From an uncultured bacterium (GTDB lineage: Bacteria > Patescibacteriota > Minisyncoccia > UBA6257 > 2-01-FULL-56-20): a DNA stretch of 64,000 nucleotides. Of the stretch, positions 10,313 through 19,501 are shown piece by piece. Positions within the stretch are counted from its first letter, which is position 1. Each line of letters opens with the position of its first letter. The notes below the pieces were generated by a model. The model was not told where the DNA came from. It made no database searches and worked only from the letters and a program-made list of their open reading frames with translations. A program made the translations under genes and the position numbers. Location: the NCBI GenBank assembly GCA_963718515.1, contig OY970354.1, positions 174,363-238,362 on the forward strand, read 5' to 3'.

Positions 10313-12114
10313 TGTCATCGGAACCAAAAGCCACAAATCAATCCATTGCGGAGGTATTGAGTCAGATGGGGGAATATCTGGCGATGCAACAGGTTCAGTT
10401 CAAGCCGCGCGCATTCGAGAAAGCCGCGGAGACGATCGCGGGATTGGAAGAAGAGGTGTCGGAAATATATATGCGTGATGGCGTGAAGGGCCTCAAAGAA
10501 ATTCCGGGTGTCGGCCAATCGATAGCGGCTATTATAGAAGAGTTGATAAAGACAGGGCGGAGCAAAGACTACGAGGAGTTGAAAAAGGCGACGCCGGTGC
10601 GGCTCGATGAACTTGCGCGCGTGGAGGGGCTCGGTCCGAAATCGATTCAGAAGTTATATAAAGAGCTCGGTGTGCGCAATTTGAAAGACCTTGAGGGTGC
10701 CGCGAAAGCGGGGAAGATCGGCGCGCTCGAAGGCTTCGGCAAAAAGAGCGAGGAGAAAATACTGAAGGGGATCGCGTTCGCAAAGAGCTCCGGCCTGCGA
10801 TTTATCGCGGGCCATATGTTGCCGCAGATCCGCGCGATCGAGGCGCGGCTTGCGCGTGTGCCCGGCGTCACGCGCGTGATCGTGGCGGGGTCGGCGCGGC
10901 GGCGCAAGGAAACGATCGGCGACCTCGACATCCTCGCGGTCTCGTCCAAGCCGAAGGTCATTATGGACCACTTCGTCAAAGAAACGCCGGGCATCATGAC
11001 GGTCATCGCGAACGGCCCGACGAAGTCGTCGATAAAAATAAAACCGGGGTTGAACATTGACTTACGGGTTGTGCCCAAGGAATCGTATGGCGCGGCACTC
11101 AATTATTTCACCGGCTCAAAGGAGCACAATGTGGTGATCCGCGCGCGCGCCATTAAAAAAGGATTAACACTCAATGAATATGGACTTTTTAAAGGACTGG
11201 CCGCAAGCAAGAATGAGGGGAAGAGAGGCAAGATGGTCGCCGGCAAAAGCGAGGAAGAAATTTATAAGGCGCTTGGCCTTGCATATATAGAGCCGGAGAT
11301 CCGTGAGAACACCGGCGAGATCGAAGCCGCCGCGCGTGAGTTTGAGAAGAAGATTTCCGCCAGCGCGCCTGGCCTGCCAAAACTCATCGGCTATGGAGAC
11401 CTTCAAGGCGACCTTCAGACCCAGACCAACTGGACCGACGGTGCCGATTCGATTGAGGCGATGGCCAAGGCTGCCGCCGCCCGTGGGCTCAAATATATCC
11501 TGATCACGGACCACACGAAGCGTCTTGCGATGGCGCATGGCCTGGACGAAAAGCGCATTCGCGAGCAATGGAAAGAGATCGATGCGGCCAATAAAAAGCT
11601 GGGCGGTGCGATAAAGATATTGAAAGGCACCGAGTGCGATATATTAAAAGACGGCACGCTCGACCTCGACGACGAGACGCTTTCCAAGCTCGACATCGTC
11701 GGTGTTTCCGTTCACTCATACTTTAATTTGCCGCGAGCGGAGCAGACGGCGCGCGTCGCGCGCGCGATGGCGAACCCGAACGTCGACATCTTCTTTCATC
11801 CCACAGGTCGGCTCATCAACAAGCGCGCGCCGTATGACATCGATATCGATGAGGTGATCGCCGCAGCAAAGAAGACCGGCACCATTTTAGAGATCGACGC
11901 CTTCCCCGACAGGAGCGACCTCAAGGACGAATATATCCGCAGATGTGTCGACGCCGGGGTAAAGATGTCCATCGACTCCGATGCGCACGCGGCGGCGCAC
12001 TTCGCATTTCTCGAGTGCGGCATCGCGCAGGCCCGCCGCGGCTGGGCGGAAAAGAAAGATATCGTGAATGCATGGCCGCTCGAGAAGATGCTTGGGTTTT
12101 TAAAGAAGAAATAA
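10312..12114 (+). CDS. polX: DNA polymerase X family protein with C-terminal PHP domain
   Basis: 600 aa. HhH motifs (IPGVGQSIAAII, VEGLGPKSIQKL), the nucleotidyltransferase motif GSARRRKETIGDLDIL, and PHP histidines (ITDHT, HSYFN, DSDAH). Confidence 0.85.
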   Translation: MSSEPKATNQSIAEVLSQMGEYLAMQQVQFKPRAFEKAAETIAGLEEEVSEIYMRDGVKGLKEIPGVGQSIAAIIEELIKTGRSKDYEELKKATPVRLDELARVEGLGPKSIQKLYKELGVRNLKDLEGAAKAGKIGALEGFGKKSEEKILKGIAFAKSSGLRFIAGHMLPQIRAIEARLARVPGVTRVIVAGSARRRKETIGDLDILAVSSKPKVIMDHFVKETPGIMTVIANGPTKSSIKIKPGLNIDLRVVPKESYGAALNYFTGSKEHNVVIRARAIKKGLTLNEYGLFKGLAASKNEGKRGKMVAGKSEEEIYKALGLAYIEPEIRENTGEIEAAAREFEKKISASAPGLPKLIGYGDLQGDLQTQTNWTDGADSIEAMAKAAAARGLKYILITDHTKRLAMAHGLDEKRIREQWKEIDAANKKLGGAIKILKGTECDILKDGTLDLDDETLSKLDIVGVSVHSYFNLPRAEQTARVARAMANPNVDIFFHPTGRLINKRAPYDIDIDEVIAAAKKTGTILEIDAFPDRSDLKDEYIRRCVDAGVKMSIDSDAHAAAHFAFLECGIAQARRGWAEKKDIVNAWPLEKMLGFLKKK

Positions 12115-12150
12115 AAAGGTCCGACTATGCCGTCGGCAAAACATTAAATT

Positions 12151-12179
12151 TTGATAAAACCCCGTCAAAATGCTACAAT
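12151..12179 (+). promoter_or_regulatory. sigma70-type promoter driving a leaderless NUDIX mRNA
   Basis: TTGATA (12151-12156), a 17-nt spacer, then TGcTACAAT (-10 at 12174-12179). The ATG at 12187 lies 7 nt downstream. Confidence 0.55.
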
Positions 12180-12186
12180 CTCTTCA

Positions 12187-12720
12187 ATGCCGTCAGCAAA
12201 AGAAATCGATGAATCAAAGCGCATTCCGACCAAAAAACAGGTGGTTGCGGGATTTGTGGTATATCGCAAGACGACGGACGGAATAAAGTTTTTGCTCTTA
12301 TATAGACGCGGCAATTACTGGAACTTTCCGAAGGGTCACTTTAAGCCCGGCGAGCGGAGCATTGACGCCGCACTGCGCGAGCTCGAGGAAGAGACGGGCA
12401 TAAAAAAGAGCGAGCTCCGGATGCTCCCGAACTTCCGCGCCTACGAGCGTTTTTATTTCAAGATCGGCAACCAGGGCATCTACGACACCGTCATTTTATT
12501 CCTTGCCGAGACACACAAGGCGGAGATCAAAATTGAGCCGCGTGAACACAGCGGCTATGGCTGGTTTCTTTACCACGACGCGGTCAACGTGATCGGCAAA
12601 AAATATGGCGATACGCGAAAAGTGCTCAAGCAGGCGAGCGATTATCTAAAGCCGCATCGCCGCCCTGCGGCAAAACCCGCCGCCGGCACGTCTGCACATT
12701 CGCCACAGTTGGTAAAATAA
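12187..12720 (+). CDS. NUDIX hydrolase
   Basis: Nudix box GHFKPGERSIDAALRELEEETGI. The start is chosen at MPSAKEID behind the promoter. Confidence 0.8.
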   Translation: MPSAKEIDESKRIPTKKQVVAGFVVYRKTTDGIKFLLLYRRGNYWNFPKGHFKPGERSIDAALRELEEETGIKKSELRMLPNFRAYERFYFKIGNQGIYDTVILFLAETHKAEIKIEPREHSGYGWFLYHDAVNVIGKKYGDTRKVLKQASDYLKPHRRPAAKPAAGTSAHSPQLVK

Positions 12721-12769
12721 AAAACACCCAACGCCGAACTATCATCTTCGGGGAGGCGCTGGGTGTTTT

Positions 12770-13117
12770 TTATTTCTTCGCGGTTGCGACGACTTTCTTA
12801 AACACTTCCGGCTCATGCTCCGCAAGGTCTGCCAAGATCTTCCTGTCAAGTTTTATTCCTGATTTCTTGAGTGCGGCGATGAATCTGCTGTAGCTCATCC
12901 CTTCGTTGCGGATCGCGGCGTTGATCTTGACGGTCCACAGTTGGCGGAAGGTACGTTTCTTTTCCTTGCGGCCGCGGAATGCGTGCACCCAGGCGTGGAG
13001 CAAAGCCTCCTTTGCGGCGCGCTCTTTTGTACTGCGGCCCCACTTAAAGCCCTTGGTGTACTTAAGGGTCTTTTCGCGGTGCTTATGGGCAATGGTTCCT
13101 CGTTTTACGCGTGGCAT
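12770..13117 (-). CDS. rplT: 50S ribosomal protein L20
   Basis: MPRVKRGTIAHKHREKTLKYTKGFKWGRS... is a canonical L20 sequence. Confidence 0.95.
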   Translation of the reverse strand: MPRVKRGTIAHKHREKTLKYTKGFKWGRSTKERAAKEALLHAWVHAFRGRKEKKRTFRQLWTVKINAAIRNEGMSYSRFIAALKKSGIKLDRKILADLAEHEPEVFKKVVATAKK

Positions 13118-13140
13118 GTGAGTAGTGTGTCAACTATTAT

Positions 13141-13311
13141 TTAATAGGCTTTTAATGTCTTGAGCGACATGTCGAGGCCGCGCGTCTTGCCGGCATCGCG
13201 GTTCATCTTGCTCGACTTACGGGTGCGAAAATGGCCCACCCCCATCCGGCGGCGAACGATCTTTCCATTCTTTGTGATTTTTATCCTCTTGGAGAAGCTT
13301 TTGGAAGGCAT
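13141..13311 (-). CDS. rpmI: 50S ribosomal protein L35
   Basis: MPSKSFSKRIKITKNGKIVRRRMGVGHFRTRKS... is L35-like. It sits upstream of rplT. Confidence 0.85.
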   Translation of the reverse strand: MPSKSFSKRIKITKNGKIVRRRMGVGHFRTRKSSKMNRDAGKTRGLDMSLKTLKAY

Positions 13312-13389
13312 AATATAGGTGTGAACCGGTCGGCTCAATGACAGTAAGCTTACTATACCCCCGCGATATTGGCAATACCCTCCGACGTC

Positions 13390-14010
13390 TTAGTATTCTT
13401 TCAGCCGGTCATGCAACTGCGCGCTCGACATCTTTTTATTTTCTTTATAGTACGGATGCCAATTATTGATAAAATCCTGGACGGCCGGAGTGTCGCCATC
13501 TTTTATCGGGCCGAGCCATTCTTTTGCGAGCGCCAATTTTTTCTCCTCTTGTATGCGTAGCCGCTCATCTTCGGAGGGAGAGAACATATCATCCGCCGGG
13601 ATAAATTCGACGGCATAGTCGGGGCCCAATATTTTCTTAAAAACGTATTCCGCGCGCGGCAGATGATGGACGGAACTGATGACGATGATGTTTTTCCAGT
13701 GGGAAGGTTCGAGGTATAAGATCTTGGAAAAATAGGCGTTTCCTATAATATCCTTCGATCGTTCCTCCAGTAAGATGCTTCCCGCCGGAATCCCTAATCC
13801 AACGCCGTATTCCTTCATGCCTTGAGCCTCCGTTTTTGTTGCGGGGGCGCCTGATCGTGGACCTTTTTCGCCTCCGGACATGATCACTTTATCCGCGCGG
13901 TTCAGTTTATATATCTGCGCCGCCTTCGACACCCTTTGCATGGATATTTCCGTCAGGGTGTTATCCTCTTTGATGCCCGAATCGATCACGATGATAGCAT
14001 CCTTGTCCAT
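13390..14010 (-). CDS. DUF218/YdcF (ElyC)-like protein
   Basis: 206 aa. IIVIDSG....VIMSGG...TEAQGMKEYGVGLGIPAGSILLEERSKDIIGNAYF...ISSVHHLPRAEYVFKK matches the DUF218 pattern. Confidence 0.65.
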   Translation of the reverse strand: MDKDAIIVIDSGIKEDNTLTEISMQRVSKAAQIYKLNRADKVIMSGGEKGPRSGAPATKTEAQGMKEYGVGLGIPAGSILLEERSKDIIGNAYFSKILYLEPSHWKNIIVISSVHHLPRAEYVFKKILGPDYAVEFIPADDMFSPSEDERLRIQEEKKLALAKEWLGPIKDGDTPAVQDFINNWHPYYKENKKMSSAQLHDRLKEY

Positions 14011-14019
14011 GGGCGTAGG

Positions 14020-14526
14020 TTATTTCTTTGCGATCTGCACCGCAGGGCCGTTGCCCAAAAATTTTGGCTCGTTGAGCTTCTTATACTCCACCGGCAGGAG
14101 CGTCAAAAATTCCTTAAGCTTTTCCATCGCCCAGTCTTTGTTGCGCTTCTCGCGGCCGCGAAGGCGCATGACAACCTCCACGGGGTGGCCTTGCGCGAAG
14201 AATTTTTCCACCTGGCGGACCTTTACCATCAGGTCGTTGTGCGCGGCTTTGGCCGTGATCTGGACTGCCTTCATTGCCGCGGTCTTCTGCGCGGCCCGCT
14301 CTTTTTTGATCCGCTTTTCTTCTTCGTAGCGGAACTTGTCGTAGCTCATCAGCCGCACGACCGGTGGTTTCGCCGCCGCGGAGATCTCTATGAGGTCGAT
14401 GCCATCGTCCGGGCGGGCGAGCGCAAGCGCGTCGGCGCGCGGCATGACGCCAAGATTCTCTCCTTTTTCGCCAATGACGCGGAGTTCCAGTGCGGTTATT
14501 TGGTTATTAATGCGGGGCTTGATTAT
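14020..14526 (-). CDS. infC: translation initiation factor IF-3, non-AUG start
   Basis: The ORF track starts at M 14445, but the frame stays open upstream to a TGA. It encodes I-I-K-P-R-I-N-N-Q-I-T-A-L-E-L-R-V-I-G-E-K-G-E-N-L-G-V, the conserved IF-3 N-terminus. The only start candidates are ATA (14526) or ATC (14523), directly after GGAGG. Confidence 0.85.
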   Translation of the reverse strand: MIKPRINNQITALELRVIGEKGENLGVMPRADALALARPDDGIDLIEISAAAKPPVVRLMSYDKFRYEEEKRIKKERAAQKTAAMKAVQITAKAAHNDLMVKVRQVEKFFAQGHPVEVVMRLRGREKRNKDWAMEKLKEFLTLLPVEYKKLNEPKFLGNGPAVQIAKK

Positions 14527-14596
14527 GCCTCCATTATATCAGCTGTGGTAGAATAATCAAAACTGCGGGCGAGAACCGCCACGGCGCACTACCATA

Positions 14597-15184
14597 ATGG
14601 ACGAAACTCCTATCACCCATCCCGGCGTTCCGGAAGAGGTCTATCACATGATGGGCAAAAAGACGTTCTGGATATTTTTTCTGGAGCGCGTGCACGCCGC
14701 ATTTATTTTACTCCTACTTACGATCGGGCTTTTGATCTTGAGCGGGCAATCGTTCCTTGCGACGACGCAGTGGGGCGATCTCACGCGCTGGGCCGTGGCC
14801 GCGTGGGAAATCTGCGGCTTGCTCTTTGTGGCGGTCCTCGCGATTACATTTTTCGTGACGTGGCTTATCTACTCGCGCTATAAATTCTGTCTCGGCGATG
14901 ATTCGTTAAAAATAAAGCGCGGAGTGTTGGATAAAGAGGAGGTCGCGATCCCGTACCGGCAGATCCAGGACGTGGACATCAAGCGTGATCTCTCCTTTCA
15001 GATGCTGGGCTTGAGCCGCATCGTCATCCTGACCGCCGGCCACGAAGAAGACGAGAAGCCGGGCGATGACGAGTCGGAGGGCATTTTGCCCGCGCTCGAT
15101 AAAGATCTTGCCGAATGGTTGCAAGCGGAACTCCTCAAGCGCGCGAACGTGCAAAAAGTAACTGAAACAATTCCCTCCGCATAA
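14597..15184 (+). CDS. membrane protein with bacterial PH (bPH_2/YdbS-YdbT-like) domain
   Basis: Two TM helices are followed by YKFCLGDDSLKIKRGVLDKEEVAIPYRQIQDVDIKRDLSFQMLGLSRIVILTAG. Confidence 0.6.
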   Translation: MDETPITHPGVPEEVYHMMGKKTFWIFFLERVHAAFILLLLTIGLLILSGQSFLATTQWGDLTRWAVAAWEICGLLFVAVLAITFFVTWLIYSRYKFCLGDDSLKIKRGVLDKEEVAIPYRQIQDVDIKRDLSFQMLGLSRIVILTAGHEEDEKPGDDESEGILPALDKDLAEWLQAELLKRANVQKVTETIPSA

Positions 15185-15197
15185 CATAAAAATAAAA

Positions 15198-15259
15198 AGA
15201 ACCCATCATTGTCGAGCGAGTGGACGTTCCTACGTCGGAGCGAGACAATGATGGGTTCT
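15198..15259. terminator. long bidirectional hairpin
   Basis: agaacccatcattgtc / gacaatgatgggttct (16 bp), extended by A/T tracts, with a 30-nt interior. It lies between convergent genes. Confidence 0.55.
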
Positions 15260-15265
15260 TTTTAT

Positions 15266-15475
15266 TTACTTTGCGCAGCAAGAGCAACCACCGAGCTTTG
15301 TCGCGCCGCCGATGATCAAAAGGATCGGCCATGTGATGTCTACGAAGCTCCATGCGAGCGTGCCTGTCGCTCCGAGGAGGAAGTCTAAACCGATAAGCAT
15401 GATGAGGATTGGCACCACTTTGTGATGCGGGCATTTGCAAACCTTGCCCGAGCCGACTATGTGCGATTCTTCCAT
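15266..15475 (-). CDS. small Cys-rich membrane protein
   Basis: 69 aa with CKCPHH and a GGCSCCAK C-terminus and two hydrophobic helices. No family recognised. Confidence 0.35.
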   Translation of the reverse strand: MEESHIVGSGKVCKCPHHKVVPILIMLIGLDFLLGATGTLAWSFVDITWPILLIIGGATKLGGCSCCAK

Positions 15476-15557
15476 AATAAATAATTAAAAAATCATTGAT
15501 TTCGCTGATCCGACCTTTGCACCCGTTTTTAACTGCCTTCCAATTATAGCATTTGCG

Positions 15558-15566
15558 TGGTATAAT
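15558..15566 (+). promoter_or_regulatory. extended -10 (TGgTATAAT) upstream of tmRNA
   Basis: TGGTATAAT at 15558-15566, about 30 nt before the mature tmRNA 5' end. Confidence 0.4.
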
Positions 15567-15596
15567 GGCCCCAGCCTTATCGAAGGCGTAGATATT

Positions 15597-15907
15597 GGGA
15601 GCGCACTGGCTTCGATAAAGATAATCCATGGGTTTGCGAGTCGTTGGCAACGTCGTTATCGTTGCACAACCTATAACTGCCAACCGAAAAGTTGCAGCTC
15701 CTGCTTTCGCTTACGCCTAAGCAGGGATCGGCCAGCCCGGGTCTCTTGGGCTGATACCGGTCTTATATAAGGAGACTAGCGTCAGGTTGACGATCATACG
15801 CCCGGCGCGAAAATATGATCACTTCGCTTAGCATCGCTAAACTACGCTCGTAGACGGCCCATCGGCATTATCTTTACACGGCGGTTCGATTCCGCCCGCT
15901 TCCACCA
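15597..15907 (+). ncRNA. ssrA: tmRNA (SsrA)
   Basis: The 5' GGGAGCG pairs with the 3' CGCTTCC, including the G3:U alanine identity pair. The 3' tRNA-like end is GGCGGTTCGATTCCGCCCGCTTCCACCA. An internal tag frame ends ...AAPAFAYA-TAA (15642-15716 region). Confidence 0.85.
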
Positions 15908-15970
15908 ATAGTTGACAGTATTTTTGAATTGATATATAATATGTAGCGAACCAACAAGGAGGGTTGAGCA

Positions 15971-16204
15971 ATGAAATGGACAGCAGTTCTTTTAGGAGTG
16001 GTTTTTCTGACGGGATGTTTGGGCGGAGATGCCCCTGATCCTGGGACGGCAAAAAAGGCGGCCCAGAACGTCGCCTATTCAAAGGACGAAAGGACCGGTC
16101 TTTGCTATGCCAGTGTCAGCAGTGTTTCATACTCTGGCTTCAACGTGATCAGTATCACTAACGTCCCGTGCTCTCCCGCCGTCGAGAAACTAGTGGGCCA
16201 GTAA
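15971..16204 (+). CDS. small lipoprotein
   Basis: Signal peptide with lipobox (VVFLTGC). AAGGAGGG lies 8 nt upstream of the ATG. Confidence 0.5.
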   Translation: MKWTAVLLGVVFLTGCLGGDAPDPGTAKKAAQNVAYSKDERTGLCYASVSSVSYSGFNVISITNVPCSPAVEKLVGQ

Positions 16205-16351
16205 TAACGGGTTCAAACTGCGTCATGTGCATCAAATGGCGAGGATCGTCTAACGATTCCTCGCCATTTTTCTATCTTGTATCGCCCCACCCCAATCCAA
16301 AATCCACGATTCCAGCTGGCTCCAATTATTCTCGACCAAGTCCACAAATCA

Positions 16352-16380
16352 TTGACAATTCTTGTTATAATTAATATAAT
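16352..16380 (+). promoter_or_regulatory. sigma70-type promoter
   Basis: TTGACA (16352-16357), a 17-nt spacer, then TATAAT (16375-16380), upstream of the 16425 gene. Confidence 0.5.
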
Positions 16381-16424
16381 GTTTTCGCAGTAAGTTCTTT
16401 GAGGTTATAGAAGGGAGTAGCACT

Positions 16425-16937
16425 GTGGACGAACAAAGATTGACTCCAAAGTTTCTCACTCGTCGAATCGCCGAGCACGCAATTACTGCTGTCGCGCACC
16501 TTGTCTTTAGCGATGCGCCCCTCAAACGGAAGGCGTTCCACATCGTCGTTCTCGTTCCATCCATGAAGGATGAGCGGGCTGACGATTACCCGAGTTATCC
16601 TAACCTGCCGATTGAACCGCAAGTTCTTTACGAGCAGAGCTTCAGTAAGGAAACGTGGCCTGTGAAGTTCGACGACATCGCCAAGTGCAAGGCGCTTCAG
16701 CTCTGGCATGGTCGCAATGACGATCGCACCGATGTTATGCCACACCTTCTGTTTTCCGGCGACGCTCCGTTCTGGGGTGGCGTCAAGCGGGAAGGCATCG
16801 TCGTTGCCTGCTCGGGCGTGCAACCTTGCTTCGATAAAATGATTTCGGGTATGGTGGCCGATATGATCATCGCGCTTGCCTACAACGAGTGGAAAGAGAG
16901 CGACGATCGCAAGAATGATGTCGATTTTCTCACATAG
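16425..16937 (+). CDS. hypothetical protein, possibly GlcG/DUF336-like
   Basis: 170 aa with a GTG start after GAAGGGAG. FWGGVKREGIVVACSGVQPCFDKMIS weakly recalls the GlcG/HbpS family. Confidence 0.4.
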   Translation: MDEQRLTPKFLTRRIAEHAITAVAHLVFSDAPLKRKAFHIVVLVPSMKDERADDYPSYPNLPIEPQVLYEQSFSKETWPVKFDDIAKCKALQLWHGRNDDRTDVMPHLLFSGDAPFWGGVKREGIVVACSGVQPCFDKMISGMVADMIIALAYNEWKESDDRKNDVDFLT

Positions 16938-17049
16938 TTGAGTACTTCTCGAAACCTTAGATGGCGGTTCGCACAACAGCGGCCGCCATTTTTTATGAAT
17001 TTATATAACAGCCTTCAATCTCCACAAAGTTTGTTATATAAATTACTCG

Positions 17050-17331
17050 GTGTCAGAACATGATATCCTTATCAATATGATCTACGTCGAAATAATGGGA
17101 TATGTGGCTGGGGCACTCAATACTTTTTGTTTTTTGCCTCAGGTCATAAAAATATGGAGGACCAAGCAGACACGCGATCTTTCGTTGCCGATGTATATTG
17201 CGAATACAACCGGAACCATTTTATGGTTTCTTTACGGAATTTTACTGGCTCAACCACCAATTTGGGTTGCTAATGGGATAGCGCTTTTCCTCGTCGGATC
17301 GATTTTGATTCTGAAAATAAAGCACGGCTAG
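17050..17331 (+). CDS. SemiSWEET / PQ-loop sugar transporter
   Basis: 93 aa with three TM helices. The PQ motif (FLPQVIKIWRTKQTRDLS) is typical of bacterial SemiSWEETs. Confidence 0.7.
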   Translation: MSEHDILINMIYVEIMGYVAGALNTFCFLPQVIKIWRTKQTRDLSLPMYIANTTGTILWFLYGILLAQPPIWVANGIALFLVGSILILKIKHG

Positions 17332-17466
17332 GGTTGTTTGATGGTTTTTATATAACAGTCTTCGATCTCCACTTGAATGAAAATCGATCTCCAAAAGAGG
17401 TCGATTTTCTTTATGTATTCTGTGCTATTTTGAGTTTGCCGAATTTCAAAAAAGTGGGGGAGTTGA

Positions 17467-18105
17467 GTGGATGGAAAACTCTTAATTTGGTATCATAAAG
17501 ACATGCCTGATTTGACTGACGGACAACGATCGAGTGGATTTTCGAAATCGGAAGTTATCCTGTTTTTTCTTAGTTTTCTATACTTCATTGGAACGACAGC
17601 CTATATACATTCGTGGGCCGTTTACGCCTCGGGGGCAAAATTTGTATTCCCTTTGTCTAATAGCATAAATTCGCAGCTCTTCTTTTTTGGAGAGATTCAA
17701 TTTATCGCGGTCAGTCTCTTTCTTTTAGTCCGTGCGCTTCGCGGCTCTAATAATACTGATCCGGTGGTCAATCCAGGGAAGGAAACAAATCCACTATGGT
17801 TTGTCATTCTTCCGGTCTTGTATATTGTGATGTCTATCTCGTTGAACTTTTTGATTCAGATGACGCCTTCATTATTGATGATGCTCGGACAAGATTCTGA
17901 GGGGGCATCAGTTTCTTTCTTGAGCCTCATTATCTTCGAGATTATTGCTTTTATACCATTCCTCTATATTATCATTCGGACGATGGCCACCTCTCCGCGA
18001 GGGAAGTGGTGGATTATCCTAAGTGTATATATTATCCCCGCATCACTCCTTCTTTGTAATGTGATAGTTGGAACAGCCTACAGCACATTCGTTGGAATTG
18101 GATAA
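17467..18105 (+). CDS. polytopic membrane protein
   Basis: 212 aa, AT-rich codons, about 6 hydrophobic segments. No family recognised. Confidence 0.4.
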   Translation: MDGKLLIWYHKDMPDLTDGQRSSGFSKSEVILFFLSFLYFIGTTAYIHSWAVYASGAKFVFPLSNSINSQLFFFGEIQFIAVSLFLLVRALRGSNNTDPVVNPGKETNPLWFVILPVLYIVMSISLNFLIQMTPSLLMMLGQDSEGASVSFLSLIIFEIIAFIPFLYIIIRTMATSPRGKWWIILSVYIIPASLLLCNVIVGTAYSTFVGIG

Positions 18106-18160
18106 TGCTTTTGCCATCAGGACATTACCGCCATTAATTTTAACTCAATATATAAATCGT

Positions 18161-18753
18161 TTACCAGAGTTTGCCACCTGTCCGGTTCGTCTCCACACCC
18201 CGTGATTCAGAGATAGCAAAATGCTCAAAAACCCTTAAAGGAAGGGATAAAGGAGCGGTTCTAAATCCCGTTCCGATGTCATACAAAAGCACATCCTCAA
18301 AAACGAGGTTCATAACCAATTTTTTGTCGCTCAAATCGCCATTTTCCCATTTGTCATATGGGTTTGCGAGATAATCGAACACCATTCGCAAAGCGGTTCT
18401 AAAATCAATTTTCCGCTTCTTTTCGGGAGAGGTTTCTTCGTTTAGTTTTTCTTCCTGCTTTGCTAGCTCATCAATCTGTTTTTCATATTCCAATCTTGCG
18501 CGGTCGCTACTGGCGCGTTTTGCCATTCCTGCAAGGTTTCTGATCTCGCCCTGTATAGGGCATGGCGCAGAACACCATCAAGAACTTTTGTGCAATCGTG
18601 GTGACAAAATCTACTACAGCGAAAAAGAGAATATCGCGCCAGCGCTTCGTCTTTTTTATGTTTTCGTGTTGATTTCATATAATTAACGCATGGGAAATCC
18701 CTCGGAATAATCTTCAATTCTTTGAGTTTTCCGGGCGACGGCCTCGTATTCAT
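18161..18753 (-). pseudogene. remnant of a large serine recombinase (C-terminal zinc-ribbon/coiled-coil part only, frameshifted)
   Basis: Two overlapping ORFs in different frames. 18463-18753 carries Cys/His-rich ...YSLFRCSRFCHHDCTKVLDGVL. 18161-18526 carries a coiled coil plus LANPYDKWENGDLSDKKLVMNLVFEDVLLYDIGTGFRT, a pattern I associate with recombinase C-termini. No N-terminal resolvase catalytic domain is present. Confidence 0.5.
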
Positions 18754-18839
18754 ATCCTCTCAATGTTTAGCGTATAAGCCTCCCGCCATCCCCCTAATCG
18801 TTTTGCTATCCACAAAGAACAACATCCATACATAACATA

Positions 18840-19334
18840 ATGGAAGATCGATCAACAAAGCCGGCTTCAAAGTTGTTTTTGTTTTTCGAATTAATTTTCA
18901 TAGTTTTCGGTATTGTCGTAGCTTTTCACGGAACCAATTTTACCCAAAAGACATGGGCCTCGACCTCCACCTCGACCGCGCAGACGATCAGCATCACGGT
19001 AAATCAGGTCATCACGCTCACGCTCGGCACTCCGACATTGAATTTGTCAGCGCTGACGCCGGGAACCGCAATCGTTGCGACCACGACGGCCACGGTAATG
19101 ACAAACGCGGCGGCGGGTTGGGAACTTGAGGTCAATCGTAATAGTACGACGACAGCCACGAGCTTTGCCTGTTCTTCTTCTAGCCCGACCTTAGGTTCTA
19201 AATCCAATTCCTCGATCATAGAAAAGCACACCCTCAAAAACGAGGTTCACCAGAAATGGCTTGAATCCAAAGCAAAGGGGGACGAGGATGAGGCGGAGTC
19301 GACGACTGGCGAGATCGCGCCTGCCACATCCTAA
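18840..19334 (+). CDS. secreted/anchored Thr-rich protein, 3' end probably chimeric
   Basis: N-terminal TM/signal segment, then a Thr/Ser-rich beta-like region (ISITVNQVITLTLGTPTLNL...AAGWELEVNRNS). The last ~35 codons are antisense to a second recombinase fragment. Confidence 0.3.
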   Translation: MEDRSTKPASKLFLFFELIFIVFGIVVAFHGTNFTQKTWASTSTSTAQTISITVNQVITLTLGTPTLNLSALTPGTAIVATTTATVMTNAAAGWELEVNRNSTTTATSFACSSSSPTLGSKSNSSIIEKHTLKNEVHQKWLESKAKGDEDEAESTTGEIAPATS

Positions 19335-19501
19335 TTCCGGAATTTCAGCTCATCACGGCGGCCGCTTATATAGCGTGCCGCCATTTCTTTTTATGTAATG
19401 CCTTAAACCAAATCTGACCCTGTGTATCCGCCATGGAGGCTTAAAAAAAGAAGCCCTGCATGGTAGTACTGCAGGGCTTCGGTTTTTTTATAGATCTGTC
19501 A

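Noticed and set aside
15135-15683. 182-aa minus-strand ORF
   Set aside because: It overlaps the small Cys-rich gene and the 5' part of the tmRNA. It has no recognisable family and its composition looks like antisense or noncoding read-through.
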